A stretch of 64,000 bases of DNA from an uncultured Chlamydiae bacterium (lineage in GTDB: Bacteria > Chlamydiota > Chlamydiia > Chlamydiales > SM23-39). The notes beneath the pieces were generated by a model. The model saw only the letters and a list, made by a program, of their open reading frames with translations. It did no database searches and had not been told where the DNA came from. Position numbers and translations under genes: made by a program. Each line of letters begins with the position of its first letter. Position 1 is the stretch's first letter. Below are positions 1-10,319 of this stretch, in pieces. The stretch covers positions 548,035 to 612,034 of the forward strand of contig CAVQKJ010000004.1 of assembly GCA_963713105.1 (NCBI GenBank). The letters are read 5' to 3'.

Positions 1-571
1 CATAGAGAAGAGGCCGAATGCCTTTTGGATCCCGAAAAGCGAATATCCCCAACCGGCTCGCGATACCGATGACAGAATAAGATCCATTGACTCGAAGGAA
101 CACGGTTTTAATCGCGTTGCAAAGGTTTTCAAAAAAGGGTCCCGTCATTGGGAGATTTTTTGCGAGAATGTGGAGGATCGATTCGCTGTCGCAATGGGTT
201 TGAAAATCGATCCCTTCGTTTTCCAATTCGGTGCGGAGCTGCGTGTAATTAATGATATTGCCATTATGGGCGATGGCAAGGGTGCGCCCCCCCTTTTTTA
301 TCGCTAAAGGCTGTGCGTCTTCGATGAGTCCTTTTCCCGATGTGGAATAGCGGATATGCCCGAGCCCCCAACGGAGGAGCGGAGGGAATTCAGCTTCTTG
401 GAATAGCTGATGGACCCACCCCAATTTTTTACGCAGGAAAGTCGTTTCGATGAAAGGATCTGAGAGAAACACTCCCGAAGCGTCTTGTCCGCGGTGCTGC
501 AGTTGGATCATGCCCTGGCAGAGGGGCTCCAAAATCGGGTCAGAGCCCAATATTCCAATGATCCCGCACAT
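1..571 (-). CDS. purF: amidophosphoribosyltransferase PurF, N-terminal ~190 aa; 3' part runs off window start
   Basis: Manual minus-strand translation from ATG at 571 gives MCGIIGILGSDPILEPLCQGMIQLQHRGQDASG...WGLGHIRYSTSG...RTLAIAHNGNIINY. This is the Ntn-hydrolase Cys2 start plus LQHRGQDA and GHxRYxTxG motifs of PurF. Start overlaps the purN 3' end by ~30 nt. Confidence 0.85.
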   Translation of the reverse strand, partial: MCGIIGILGSDPILEPLCQGMIQLQHRGQDASGVFLSDPFIETTFLRKKLGWVHQLFQEAEFPPLLRWGLGHIRYSTSGKGLIEDAQPLAIKKGGRTLAIAHNGNIINYTQLRTELENEGIDFQTHCDSESILHILAKNLPMTGPFFENLCNAIKTVFLRVNGSYSVIGIASRLGIFAFRDPKGIRPLLY

Positions 572-1292
572 GATGAGCCTCCCTATCATTCAATTCATAG
601 CCGCAAGGCGGCAGTTTTTCTCCGTCCAAAAAAACGTCTCGAGAGGAACCGCCGAGTCTCAAACGCCCCTCTCCGATCAGTTGCAGTGCAGTCAGGCAAG
701 CCGGCCAATCGCTGATCTCTTTTTGTTTGGCCTGATGCTTCGCCGCTTTTTCTTTATCGATCGGATGCCCTTCGCAATAAGAGGTCCATGGGCCCGAAAC
801 TAAGATCGGCCCCCCGTCGACTTTTTCATCGATCAAAATCGCAGAGGTCCTCGTTCTTTCCATGCCGCCTTGCAAGGCTTTGAAAACGGCGTTTTCCCCA
901 ATCCATTTCCGGTTCCCTTGCGCGTCTAAATCGTCCAAATCGGCCGGATGGATATTTAAAATTCGATAGGGAAACGCCTGGAGCCAAATTTTCGACATAA
1001 GGCGCATGTAGCCTGCGAGCAAGAGGAGATCGATGGGGCTTTTTTCTTCAAATTTTCTGAGCAGATCCAATCCCTTTTGGTCATACTCTTCTCTCGAAAA
1101 TTGTTTATTCCAGGGATGGTAGAGAAGAGGGATCCGTTCCTCTTCGGCAATTTTTTGGAAATTGCATTCCCGGTCCGTAAAAAGAAGCTGGATGGAGAAA
1201 GGGGATTTTCCGTTTCTTTCAAGGCGTTTTTGGGCCTGGAGCATCGCGCGCAAAATGGTTCCTGCACCCGAACCGAATACGGCGATATGCAT
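540..1292 (-). CDS. purN: phosphoribosylglycinamide formyltransferase PurN
   Basis: ORF 540..1430 contains MHIAVFGSGAGTILRAML...NIHPADL (GAR transformylase signature). The likely true start is the ATG at 1292 (MHIAVF); the upstream in-frame extension overlaps purD and looks non-coding. Confidence 0.85.
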   Translation of the reverse strand: MHIAVFGSGAGTILRAMLQAQKRLERNGKSPFSIQLLFTDRECNFQKIAEEERIPLLYHPWNKQFSREEYDQKGLDLLRKFEEKSPIDLLLLAGYMRLMSKIWLQAFPYRILNIHPADLDDLDAQGNRKWIGENAVFKALQGGMERTRTSAILIDEKVDGGPILVSGPWTSYCEGHPIDKEKAAKHQAKQKEISDWPACLTALQLIGEGRLRLGGSSRDVFLDGEKLPPCGYELNDREAHHVRDHWNIGL

Positions 1293-1299
1293 CGGCCTT

Positions 1300-2589
1300 T
1301 TAGACCGCGGTGGAAAGAGCGGCTCTTCCAATATCCCTCCTGAACTGTGCGCATGACCGTATCCACGGACAGGGGAGCGACTCGATCGCCTCATAGGCTT
1401 TTCCAAGAGCCTCTTCCAAATCGATGCCAAGCGCAGTCACTCCTGCAACTCTTCCCCCTGCAGCGACTAGCCTTCCTTGCTCATCGAGGGAAGTTCCTGC
1501 GTGGAAGAAGAAAAGATCCTCTTTTTCGGGCCATTCGCCGATGAGATCTCCTTTGGAAAAGATTCCTGGATAGCCCTTCGAGGCCAAAACGACGCAACAG
1601 CAGGCTTTCCGTTTCCAATGAATTTGAAGATCTTTTAGTTCTCCGCGCGCGGCCCGTGTCATCATCTCAGCCAAATCCGATTCTAAAAGCGGGAGGATAG
1701 CCTGTGTTTCGGGGTCTCCGAAACGGCAGTTGTATTCGAGGACCTTCGGCCCCTCTTTTGTGAGCATGAGCCCGAAATAGAGAATCCCTCGATAGAGAAT
1801 CCCTTCCCGCTTCAAACCTTGGAGAGTGGGTTGAACGATCGTTCTTTCGACCTCAGCCTGCAATTCCGGATCGAAAAAGGGAAGGGGCGCGTAGGCTCCC
1901 ATTCCTCCCGTATTCGGCCCTGCGTCGCCGTCCAACAATCGCTTATGGTCTTGCGCAGCTAAAAGGGGATAAATCCGCTCCCCGTCCGCAATCGCCTGCA
2001 AGGAGATTTCCGGCCCTGAAAGAAGCTCTTCGACCACCACCACAGATCCGGCGCTGCCGTAGATTTTTTGTTCGGCGATTTGACGGATGGCTTCTTCAGC
2101 CTCATCGTACGAGGCGCAGCAAACCACCCCTTTTCCTCCGGCCAGACCGCTGGCTTTGACGACCGCTTTTTTTCCATTGAGAAACAATTTCCGCGCAGCA
2201 AGCCGCGCGACTTGGGCTGAATCGCATATGGAGAACTCCGCGGTAGGAATCCGGTATTTTTTCATAAACGATTTGGCCCACGCCTTGCTGCTTTCCATCC
2301 GCGCGGCTAAACGCGACGGTCCGAAAAGCAACAAGCCTCGGGCCGAGAACGCATCCTGGATCCCATTTTCCAAATGCGTTTCGGATCCCACGACGGTCAA
2401 GTCCATTCCCTTTGCGGCTTCAGCGAGAAGAGAATAGTCCGAAAGCAAACTGGAGTTTGCCGAAAGGATCGGGGCTATTTTGTGAATCCCAGGATTGCCC
2501 GGATAGCTCCATACTTGATGGCCTTGCCTGTAAAAAGTATGGGCCAGGGCATGTTCCCTTCCGCCCGATCCGATCACCAATATTTTCAA
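1300..2589 (-). CDS. purD: phosphoribosylamine--glycine ligase PurD
   Basis: MKILVIGSGGREHALA N-terminus and ATP-grasp core; 429 aa; ATGA-type overlap with the upstream gene. Confidence 0.95.
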   Translation of the reverse strand: MKILVIGSGGREHALAHTFYRQGHQVWSYPGNPGIHKIAPILSANSSLLSDYSLLAEAAKGMDLTVVGSETHLENGIQDAFSARGLLLFGPSRLAARMESSKAWAKSFMKKYRIPTAEFSICDSAQVARLAARKLFLNGKKAVVKASGLAGGKGVVCCASYDEAEEAIRQIAEQKIYGSAGSVVVVEELLSGPEISLQAIADGERIYPLLAAQDHKRLLDGDAGPNTGGMGAYAPLPFFDPELQAEVERTIVQPTLQGLKREGILYRGILYFGLMLTKEGPKVLEYNCRFGDPETQAILPLLESDLAEMMTRAARGELKDLQIHWKRKACCCVVLASKGYPGIFSKGDLIGEWPEKEDLFFFHAGTSLDEQGRLVAAGGRVAGVTALGIDLEEALGKAYEAIESLPCPWIRSCAQFRRDIGRAALSTAV

Positions 2590-3899
2590 GCGAGCGACTC
2601 CATCGTTTTGAGAATTCTCACTGCAGCGAGCGCCGCGTTTTGCGGATCGATTGCAGTCAAAACAGGGACTTTGCTAGGCATTTGCAAAGTGGAATGGATG
2701 TTGATCAGGTAATCCTGTCCATCCGCAAAAGGCGGACAAGCGATCACGGGCCATTTAAGATTGCAAGCTACGACGCCTGACAACGCATTGCTCCTCCCGG
2801 CGACAGTCAAACAGACGACCGGTTCGAGCGATTCATTGAACGCATCGAGAATCTCAAGAAGGGCTCTAGTATTTTTGTGCGCCGAGGCCACTTCGATCCG
2901 ATACGGAATTTTCGCTTCTTGAAAGACGGCCGCCATCTTTTCAGCATGTCCTTTGTCCTTTTCGCTCCCCAAGATCATAAGGGCAAACGTCCCTTGGATC
3001 AGGTTTGCTTTTTTTAGATTGGACCACATTCGCTTGGGAAACATTTGGCTCTCCTTTTGCAACCCTGAGCCTGTGATCGCTTCAAATATTTCCGCGTAGC
3101 TTTTGTGGATCTTCTCTTGAATCTCCGCATCGAGAGCGGGTAGTTCTCCTTCTCCCGTAAACCCTTTCGATCTTCCCCACTCCCGGACGAACTCTTTGTC
3201 CGGAAAACGGACCTCTTTTTTCACGAGATCTTTCTGAAACCAGAACCGGGAAGAATCGGGAGTATGGATCTCATCGATCAGAGTCAATTGATGGTCCGCG
3301 TCCCATCCGAATTCGTACTTGGTATCGACGAGGATCATCCCCTGTTTTTTTAGTAGCTCGACGCCCCTTTGATAAAGGGCGATCGCCTTCTCTTCGATCT
3401 TCGCCCATTGGGAGGGATCGAGGATTTTCTGTTTGAAAATTTCCTCTTTCGTAATGTCTTCGTCATGGCCCACCTGGCTTTTAGTGGTGGGAGTCACAAT
3501 CGGAAAAGGAAGCGGATCATTCTGCTTCAATCCTTCCGGCAGTTTGACGCCGCATTTTTCCCTGGCCCCCTTGGCATAATCCCGCCACATCGATCCAGCC
3601 ATATAGCCCCGGACGATCACTTCGATAGGGATCAGCGTGCATTTTTTGACCACCATCACGTTTGGATCTGGATGGGAAAGGATATGGTTCGGAATGATGT
3701 CTTTTGTTTTATCGAACCAAAAAAGGGCAAGTTCCGTCAAAATCCTCCCTTTTTCGAAAATCGGCTCGCGCAAAATCCGGTCGAAAATCGAAATCCGGTC
3801 GCTGGCGACTAAAACCAACCGATCGCCTATCTCATAGATATCCCGCACTTTTCCTTGTCTTCTCGTTCCAAGTTCTGGAAGCATCATTGAAGGGTGCAT
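2586..3899 (-). CDS. bifunctional SAICAR synthetase (PurC) / AIR carboxylase (PurE) fusion
   Basis: N-terminus RRQGKVRDIYEIGDRLVLVASDRISIFD is SAICAR synthetase. C-terminal ~150 aa MILGSEKDKGHAEKM...VAGRSNALSGVVA is a PurE-type domain. 437 aa total, i.e. a PAICS-like fusion. Confidence 0.85.
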   Translation of the reverse strand: MHPSMMLPELGTRRQGKVRDIYEIGDRLVLVASDRISIFDRILREPIFEKGRILTELALFWFDKTKDIIPNHILSHPDPNVMVVKKCTLIPIEVIVRGYMAGSMWRDYAKGAREKCGVKLPEGLKQNDPLPFPIVTPTTKSQVGHDEDITKEEIFKQKILDPSQWAKIEEKAIALYQRGVELLKKQGMILVDTKYEFGWDADHQLTLIDEIHTPDSSRFWFQKDLVKKEVRFPDKEFVREWGRSKGFTGEGELPALDAEIQEKIHKSYAEIFEAITGSGLQKESQMFPKRMWSNLKKANLIQGTFALMILGSEKDKGHAEKMAAVFQEAKIPYRIEVASAHKNTRALLEILDAFNESLEPVVCLTVAGRSNALSGVVACNLKWPVIACPPFADGQDYLINIHSTLQMPSKVPVLTAIDPQNAALAAVRILKTMESLA

Positions 3900-3907
3900 A
3901 TTTTCTC

Positions 3908-5503
3908 CTAATGGCTAAAGTAACGTTGTCCTGTGAAAATCATACAAAGGCCTCGTTTGTCGGCCTCCTGGATCACTTCTTCGTCCTTGACCGATCCTCC
4001 CGGCTGGATGAAGGTTTGGATCCCCGCGTCCGCGGCCGTTTGGATGCTATCTGCGAACGGGAAGAATCCATCGCTTGCGAGGACCAGTTCTCCTAAAGCG
4101 GAGCGCAAATCTTTTTCTTGCCGGAGGTTTTCAATCGCTTTCGGAAGCGCAAGCCGCTGCAGGCTGTCGATCCGGTTGGGCTGCCCTCCTCCAATCCCGA
4201 CTGTCTCATAGAAATTCGGTTCATATTCTCTGGCCAAAACAATCGCGTTCGATTTGACCGACTGGACAGCGGCGAGGGCGAAACGGAATAATCCCCCTTG
4301 CTCTGGCTTCGGAAAGCGGCGGGTCGCCACTCCTGATTTGTCTGTTCCGGATTTGCTGCCAGAAAGAGGCTTTAAAAAGAAATCGTTCGACGCCAACTCT
4401 TTTTTCGGCGTTTGGACCAACATCCCGCCTGAAATCCCCCGATAGAGTTTGGACGGCCCCGCATTCCAATCAGCCAGAACCAGCCGCAGCGATGGCTTAG
4501 CGGCAGTTGCCCAATCGAGAAAAGCAGGGGAAAATGAGGGAGCCAAAACGACTTCGATGAAGCGCCCTTTGAGCGCTTCGCAAAATTCTTCTCCGACTTC
4601 CTGAGTCAATGCGACGATGCTTCCGAACGCAGATTTCGCATCGCTGTCCCAAGCTCTTTGAAACGCTTGCCGCAAATTTTTTCCTGTCGCAAAACCGCAG
4701 AGGCCTCCATGTTTCACAATGGCCGCAGCCGCTGTTTTGCCTCCGTCCGCGATCCTTTGGAGAGCGAAAAAGGCTTGGGAAACATCTTCATAGTTATTGT
4801 ATGAAAGCGCTTTTCCCCCTAAAACTTTCGATGAGGCGATCCCTGTTTCTTTCGCAAAACTGTAGACCCATCCTTCCTGGTCTGGGTTTTCCCCATAGGG
4901 AAGCTTCCTCTCCTGTTCCAGTTCGAAAACTGCATTCTCTTTGGGTACCGAGAAAGCCCGCGCGATCCCCGCTTCATATTCCGCGCTCATTGCGATCGCT
5001 TTGGCCGCAAGCCGCCTCTTTATATTGATGGACAAAGCTTTTTCTTTGGAGAGTTCTTCCAAAACTGCAACGTAATCGCCCGGATCGACGACCACTCCGA
5101 CAGAGGCGAAATTCTTCGCTGCGGCCCGGATCATCGTCGAACCTCCGATGTCCAACGAATCGATTTGTTTCTCGATGTCTAAATTCGGATCGAACCGATA
5201 AAGATTGCAAACGACTAAATCGATCGGGACGATGTTCAATTTTTTCGCCTCTTCGTCGTCGACTCCTCTCCGAAATAAGATCCCGCCTAAAATAGCTGGA
5301 TGGAGCGTTTTTACACGCCCTCCAAAACATTCGGGGAACCGCGTCGCATCGGACACGGACAGATGGGGAATCTTCTCTTTTTCTAAAAGTTTTGCCGTTC
5401 CTCCCGAAGCGAGGATTTCCAGTTTCGGAAAGAGGCGGAGAAGTCCTTTCGCAAAGGCATCCAAACCCGTTTTATCAGTCACAGAAAAAAGAACCCGTTT
5501 CAT
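3908..5503 (-). CDS. purH: bifunctional AICAR transformylase / IMP cyclohydrolase PurH
   Basis: MKRVLFSVTDKTGL...GGTAKLL MGS-like N-terminus plus AICARFT domain; 531 aa. Confidence 0.95.
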   Translation of the reverse strand: MKRVLFSVTDKTGLDAFAKGLLRLFPKLEILASGGTAKLLEKEKIPHLSVSDATRFPECFGGRVKTLHPAILGGILFRRGVDDEEAKKLNIVPIDLVVCNLYRFDPNLDIEKQIDSLDIGGSTMIRAAAKNFASVGVVVDPGDYVAVLEELSKEKALSINIKRRLAAKAIAMSAEYEAGIARAFSVPKENAVFELEQERKLPYGENPDQEGWVYSFAKETGIASSKVLGGKALSYNNYEDVSQAFFALQRIADGGKTAAAAIVKHGGLCGFATGKNLRQAFQRAWDSDAKSAFGSIVALTQEVGEEFCEALKGRFIEVVLAPSFSPAFLDWATAAKPSLRLVLADWNAGPSKLYRGISGGMLVQTPKKELASNDFFLKPLSGSKSGTDKSGVATRRFPKPEQGGLFRFALAAVQSVKSNAIVLAREYEPNFYETVGIGGGQPNRIDSLQRLALPKAIENLRQEKDLRSALGELVLASDGFFPFADSIQTAADAGIQTFIQPGGSVKDEEVIQEADKRGLCMIFTGQRYFSH

Positions 5504-6306
5504 TGTTGCCTCAAATATTCGACAGCATTTTTAAATAGCGCCAGCCCCGGGCCGTGAACAGGAATCGGCTCTTTAAGCCTCTTCAGCCTCTCTTTTTGAC
5601 GCGTCCATTCGGGAATCTGGGTAAAGAAAAGGGCCGCTTCCGGATGAGGCATCATCCCCAGCACTCTTCCGGTCCCATCGCAAATCCCTGCGATCGATCC
5701 AAAAGATCCATTGGGATTCTCAGGATAATCAGTCGCAACAGCCCCGTCTTTGCCCGCGTATTGCAAAACGACCCGTTCCTTCAATTTCTCTGGCAACTTC
5801 TCCGGTTCAGAGATGACGAAATTCCCCTCCCCATGCCGGACAGGCAAATAGAGATCTTTCAAGCCAGAGGTAAAGACGCAATTTGAAGAGACCACTTTTT
5901 GATGGATCCATCTCGATTCGAACTTGCCCTTTTCATTGCGGATCAAGGACGCTTCTGTTCCGTTCTTAAACCCTGGCAAAATCCCCAGCTTTACTAAGAT
6001 TTGAAATCCATTGCAGACGCCGAGAATGCAATTGCCCTTGTCGACGAAGGAGAATAGATCGTCCTTCCTTTGGGAAAACGCGACCCGGTTCGCAAACGCT
6101 TTCGCCGCCCCGAGTTCGTCGCCGAATGAGAACCCGCCCGGGAAAAGAAGGAAATCGTAATCCAAAAGGCGGATCTGCCCCGATAGCCACGCTTTTGCAT
6201 GGACGATCTTTACCTCCGCACCCGCCAAAGCCGCCCCTTTCGCCATTTCGTTTTCGCAATTGATCCCATAACCGGACAAAACTAAAGCGCGGACCGCTCT
6301 TTTCAT
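5500..6306 (-). CDS. purQ: FGAM synthase glutamine amidotransferase subunit PurQ
   Basis: ALVLSGYGINCE...LLFPGGFSFGD...GVCNGFQIL (class I GATase catalytic Cys); 4-nt overlaps on both sides. Confidence 0.85.
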   Translation of the reverse strand: MKRAVRALVLSGYGINCENEMAKGAALAGAEVKIVHAKAWLSGQIRLLDYDFLLFPGGFSFGDELGAAKAFANRVAFSQRKDDLFSFVDKGNCILGVCNGFQILVKLGILPGFKNGTEASLIRNEKGKFESRWIHQKVVSSNCVFTSGLKDLYLPVRHGEGNFVISEPEKLPEKLKERVVLQYAGKDGAVATDYPENPNGSFGSIAGICDGTGRVLGMMPHPEAALFFTQIPEWTRQKERLKRLKEPIPVHGPGLALFKNAVEYLRQQ

Positions 6307-9234
6307 CCTTTCCTCCCTGAAAAGCTTAGGGGTTCTTGCCAGCTCTGCTTGAGCTGGGAAATATCGTCTTGGACCCTCACCGCGCCCGACACCCCTCGGA
6401 TGACAAACTGCGCATCGCTGCGGACCGTTCCGATTTGCCGCACTGGCAGCCCCTTCATTGCCGACTCGAATTTCTTCTGATTTTGAGGATCGACCGTAAT
6501 GACAAACCGCCCCCCTGTTTCTGAATAAAGGATCTCTTCATCGGAGAGACCGTTCTCCGCAGGCACTTTCTTCAATTCGATTTCAATCCCAAAACCACCG
6601 GCGAACGCGCTTTCCGCCAACGCGATCCCTAACCCCCCTTCCGAACAATCGTGGCAGGAGGCGATCCATTCTTGCTGCATCGCCTCAAAGAGCGCTTGAT
6701 AGATCTTTTTTACCGCTGCAAAATCGATGCGCGGGGCTTTTCCCCCTTTGAGTTTTTTTAGCTGGAAATACTCCGATCCGCCCATTTCGTTTTTCGTCAA
6801 GCCCGCCGCGTACACCAAATCTCCCGGAGCTTTGACATCCATGGTGACCGCTTTTTCGACATTCGGGATCATTCCTACCGCCGTCATTAAAAGAGTCGGC
6901 GGGATCGAAATTTTCACATTTTTTATTTTGTAATCGTTTTTCATGCTGTCTTTGCCCGAAATCATCGGCGTTCCCAAGCTCCACACAGCCGCGATAGAGA
7001 GCCTTTGCCGCACGGACTAACTGGGCCAGTTTCCGCTTTCCGTCGGGCGTCTTCACCGGATCGTAAATGGGATCGGGCCAGCAGAAATTGTCCAGAACTG
7101 CAATCCTAGAGGGATCAGCTCCGACAGCCACTTGATTCGATACCGCTTCACAAAGCGCGTAAGAGGCCATCGCATCGGCATCGATCTCGCTGTAGCGCGG
7201 GCAAATGCCGTTGGAAATGACGATTCCGGTTTTTTTCTCTTGAAACTCGACAGGCAATACGATGCTCGCATCCGACGGGCCATCGGCCAACGCTCCGACG
7301 AACGGCTTTACGCAGCTGCCTCCCTGAACCTCGTGATCGTACCTGCGCACGATCGACTCTTTGCTGCAAATCGTATATCGGGAAAGGAGGGCGTGAAGAT
7401 CTTTGCCAAGATCGGAGTGAGGAACAGATACGGAGGTTTCATCGGATCCATTCCATTCCGCTTCGAGATGGAGCTGAGGGACTCCCTGATGAAGGAAACT
7501 TAAATCGAGCAGCGCCACTGTATTGCCGGAATGCAGCACATGGAAAGATCCGCTCTGGTTAAAAGTCCCCAAATAAGCGAGATCGATCTCAAAAAAAGCG
7601 GCCAGTTCGGCGAGTTCATTTTTCGATTCTTCAGGTACGGCGAAAGTCATCCGCTCTTGCGATTCGCTCAGCAAGATCTCCCAGGGAAGCAAACTTTTAT
7701 CTTTCAGAGGAACGCGGTCGAGATGGATTTCGCATCCTCCGCAAAGAGTCGCCATTTCGCCCACCGATGAAGAGAGTCCCCCTGCGCCATTGTCCGTCAA
7801 AGTCCGGTAGAGTCCCTTGTCCCGCGCAACAAGCAAGAAATCGAGAAGTTTTTTCTGCATGAACGGATCGCCGATTTGAACGGCTGACGTCGGGCTTTGA
7901 TCGTGGATTTCTTCCGAAGAAAATGTGGCTCCGTGGATCCCATCCCTACCCGTTTTTCCTCCCGCCACCGCAATCAAATCTCCGTGGAAAATCTCTTTTT
8001 CTTCGGCCCGTCTGGATCCGATTTTCACTGGAATGAGACCGACGGTCCCGCAATAGACCAACGGTTTGCCTAAAAATTTCTCATCGAAAACGATCGCGCC
8101 ATTTACCGTCGGGATCCCGCTTTTATTCCCTCCGTGCTCGATCCCCTTGCAAACACCCGTTAAAACCCGTTTCGGATGCTGGAGTTTTTCTGGAATGGGG
8201 CCTGAGTAATCGGGAGGCGCAAAACAAAGGACATCCATGTTCGCGATCGGCCTGGCTCCGAAACCCGTCCCCAAAATATCTCGGTTCACACCCAAAATTC
8301 CGGTCAATGCCCCGCCATAAGGATCCAAAGCGGAGGGGCTATTGTGGGTCTCCACTTTGCATACGAGATGGACCTCATCGTTAAAACGGACGATCCCCGC
8401 GTTGTCTTTAAACACGGAAACGAGCCAATCGATCCTCTTTCCAATTTCTTCTGTCGCCTTTTTGATATAGGTGGAAAAAATGCTGTCGATGACCGTTTTT
8501 TTCCCTCCTTCCCAATAGTCGATCCGAGCATGAAAGATTTTATGCTTGCAGTGTTCGCTCCAGGTTTGGGCGATCGCCTCCAGCTCCACATCGGTCGGCA
8601 TCAGCGGCAGCCCCTGTTTTTTCCGGCTCTCTTGAATCTCCGCTTTTCGATAATAGGCTCGGACTGCCTCCATCTCGGCCAGGTTCAGCGCGAGGCCTCT
8701 TTTTCGGCTGATTTCCATTAGATCCGAAGACAGATCGATCGTCTCCACTCCAGAAATCTTTTGCGCCGACACAGGTTCTGCGATAATTTCTTCAATCAGC
8801 GCATTGGCCAAGAGCTCGCGGCCGATTCTCTCCACCATTTCGCGGCTGATCTGCCCCTTCAATAAATAGCGGACCGCGCTTTGGACCCTTTCGCCCTCTT
8901 GAAAACGGGAGCCTAAAAAATCTTCGATCGAAATTTGCGCGGTAATCCCTAAATTGTCCGTAAGCCCTTTCTTTAAGCGGATCTCCAAAGACCAGTCGTA
9001 ATCTAAATCCTTTTCTTCCGCCTGCTCGACGATCGGATCGAGCAGCACCTTCTCCATCACCCGCTCAAGTTCGTCAGAGGACAATCGCTTGAAAATCCGA
9101 TAGATTTGAACGATCTTCGCTTTCTCGGCTGGAATGCCGAGAAACCGGATCGCGCCGACCAAATCCTGGGCCCTCGGATCGGAAAACCGGGGCTGTAGAG
9201 AAATCGAAACCAAATGGGGAGATTCTACCGCCAT
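6303..9234 (-). CDS. purL: FGAM synthase PurL with N-terminal PurS-like domain; apparent +1 frameshift near 6970-6975
   Basis: The 863-aa ORF (6685..9276) starts with a PurS-like segment (MAVESPHLVSISLQPRFSDPRAQDLVGAIRFLGI, probable ATG at 9234) followed by PurL AIRS domains. The protein continues in the +1 frame (ORF 6303..7013: ...TPMISGKDSMKN...), while the original frame ends in Arg/Gly-rich junk. Junction is ...ALYRGCVELG | TPMISGKDS at cttGGGaacg, matching the conserved LG-x5-GKDSM motif if one G is removed. Confidence 0.8.
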
Positions 9235-10179
9235 ATCAAACCCTCTCCTTCGACGACCTCGCCGATCGGATAACAATCGGACTCCTCATGACACAACCGC
9301 TTTGCTTCCATTGGAGACAAGACTAGAACAAATCCAATTCCTCGGTTGAACACGCGCCGCATCTCTTCCTCAGAAACCTTTCCCCATTTCTGCAAATACT
9401 TGAAAATTTCAAGCACGGGCCAGCTTCCGTCTTTGATCAGGGCCCCCATGCCTTTCGGGATCATCCTGGGAATATTTTTCTGAAACCCGCCGCCTGTGAT
9501 ATGCGCCATTCCCCGGATGTCAAACCTGGCCATCAGTTCCTGGATCCGCTTCACATAGATCCTCAGTTGGAGTCAATAAAATCTCTCCGAGGGTTTGATT
9601 TTCCCATGCATCGCCCAATTTCTCTTCGGGAACGATCTTGCGCACCAAGGAAAAACCGTTGCTGTGGACCCCGCTTGAAGGAAGGCCTACGATCCAATCC
9701 CCTTTTTGGATTTGACTTCCGTCGATCCGCTCTTTCCTTTTAACGATCCCTACGACAAAGCCTGCCATGTCGTATTCCCCTTCGCGATAGAGATCGGGCA
9801 TTTGCGCAGTTTCTCCGCCAATCAGCGAGCAGCCCGCCTCTTCGCATCCCCTGTAGATACCGGACACAATTTTCTCCAACTTTTCAGGATCAAGTCGGGA
9901 AACGGCTAAATAATCGAGGAAAAAAAGAGGCTTTGCGCCGGAGGTGAGAATGTCGTTCACATTCATCGCCACAAGATCGATTCCGATCGTTTCGTGGCGG
10001 TTCAAAGAAAAGGCTAGTTTGAGTTTGGTCCCCACACCGTCAGTGCTGGAGACAAGATCGTCTTCGCCTAAAGGAAAAATGGCGCCGAATCCGCCGATGT
10101 GAGGGGCCGTTTTTTTCAACCTGCCGACCCACGCCGCTGCCGCTTCTAGATTGACTCCTGCATCTGCATAGGTTGGCAT
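9225..10179 (-). CDS. purM: AIR synthetase PurM; apparent 1-nt insertion frameshift near 9560-9570
   Basis: ORF 9520..10179 is the PurM N-terminal two-thirds (DAGVNLEAA...STDGVGTKL). ORF 9225..9554 in another frame is the PurM C-terminus (RIYVKRIQEL...HITGGG). Conserved LLTPTRIYVK is split as LLTPT|E... in frame 1 and ...RIYVK in frame 2 at ccaactGaggatc. Strong AGGAGG SD lies 6 nt before the ATG at 10179. Confidence 0.85.
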
Positions 10180-10319
10180 TTATCCCTCCTAAGTATCCGC
10201 CCGGCGGCAAAATGATAAAGGGAAAATACTAACAATTTAATGATATATGTATACAAGTTTTTTCTTGCCTGCCGTTCGCAGCATTCGTAAAAAACCCGAA
10301 TTTGATAGTATCGCGGCAT

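Noticed and set aside
281-299. C7T6 homopolymer inside purF as a frameshift site
   Set aside because: The reading frame is continuous across it (AAA AAG GGG GGG encodes KKGG) with PurF motifs on both sides.
1293-1430. N-terminal 46-aa extension of the purN ORF
   Set aside because: Overlaps the purD C-terminus. The PurN family begins at MHIAVFGSG (ATG 1292).
6303-7013. 236-aa ORF that could be read as a separate small gene
   Set aside because: It is the C-terminal AIRS-C domain of PurL (TPMISGKDSMKN...), separated from the main ORF by a 1-nt frameshift. It is not an independent gene.
10180-10319. Purine (G-box) riboswitch in the purM leader
   Set aside because: The 140-nt leader lacks the conserved UAUA...GGGA...UAC G-box blocks. 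Only a strong AGGAGG SD and AT-rich promoter-like sequence are visible.
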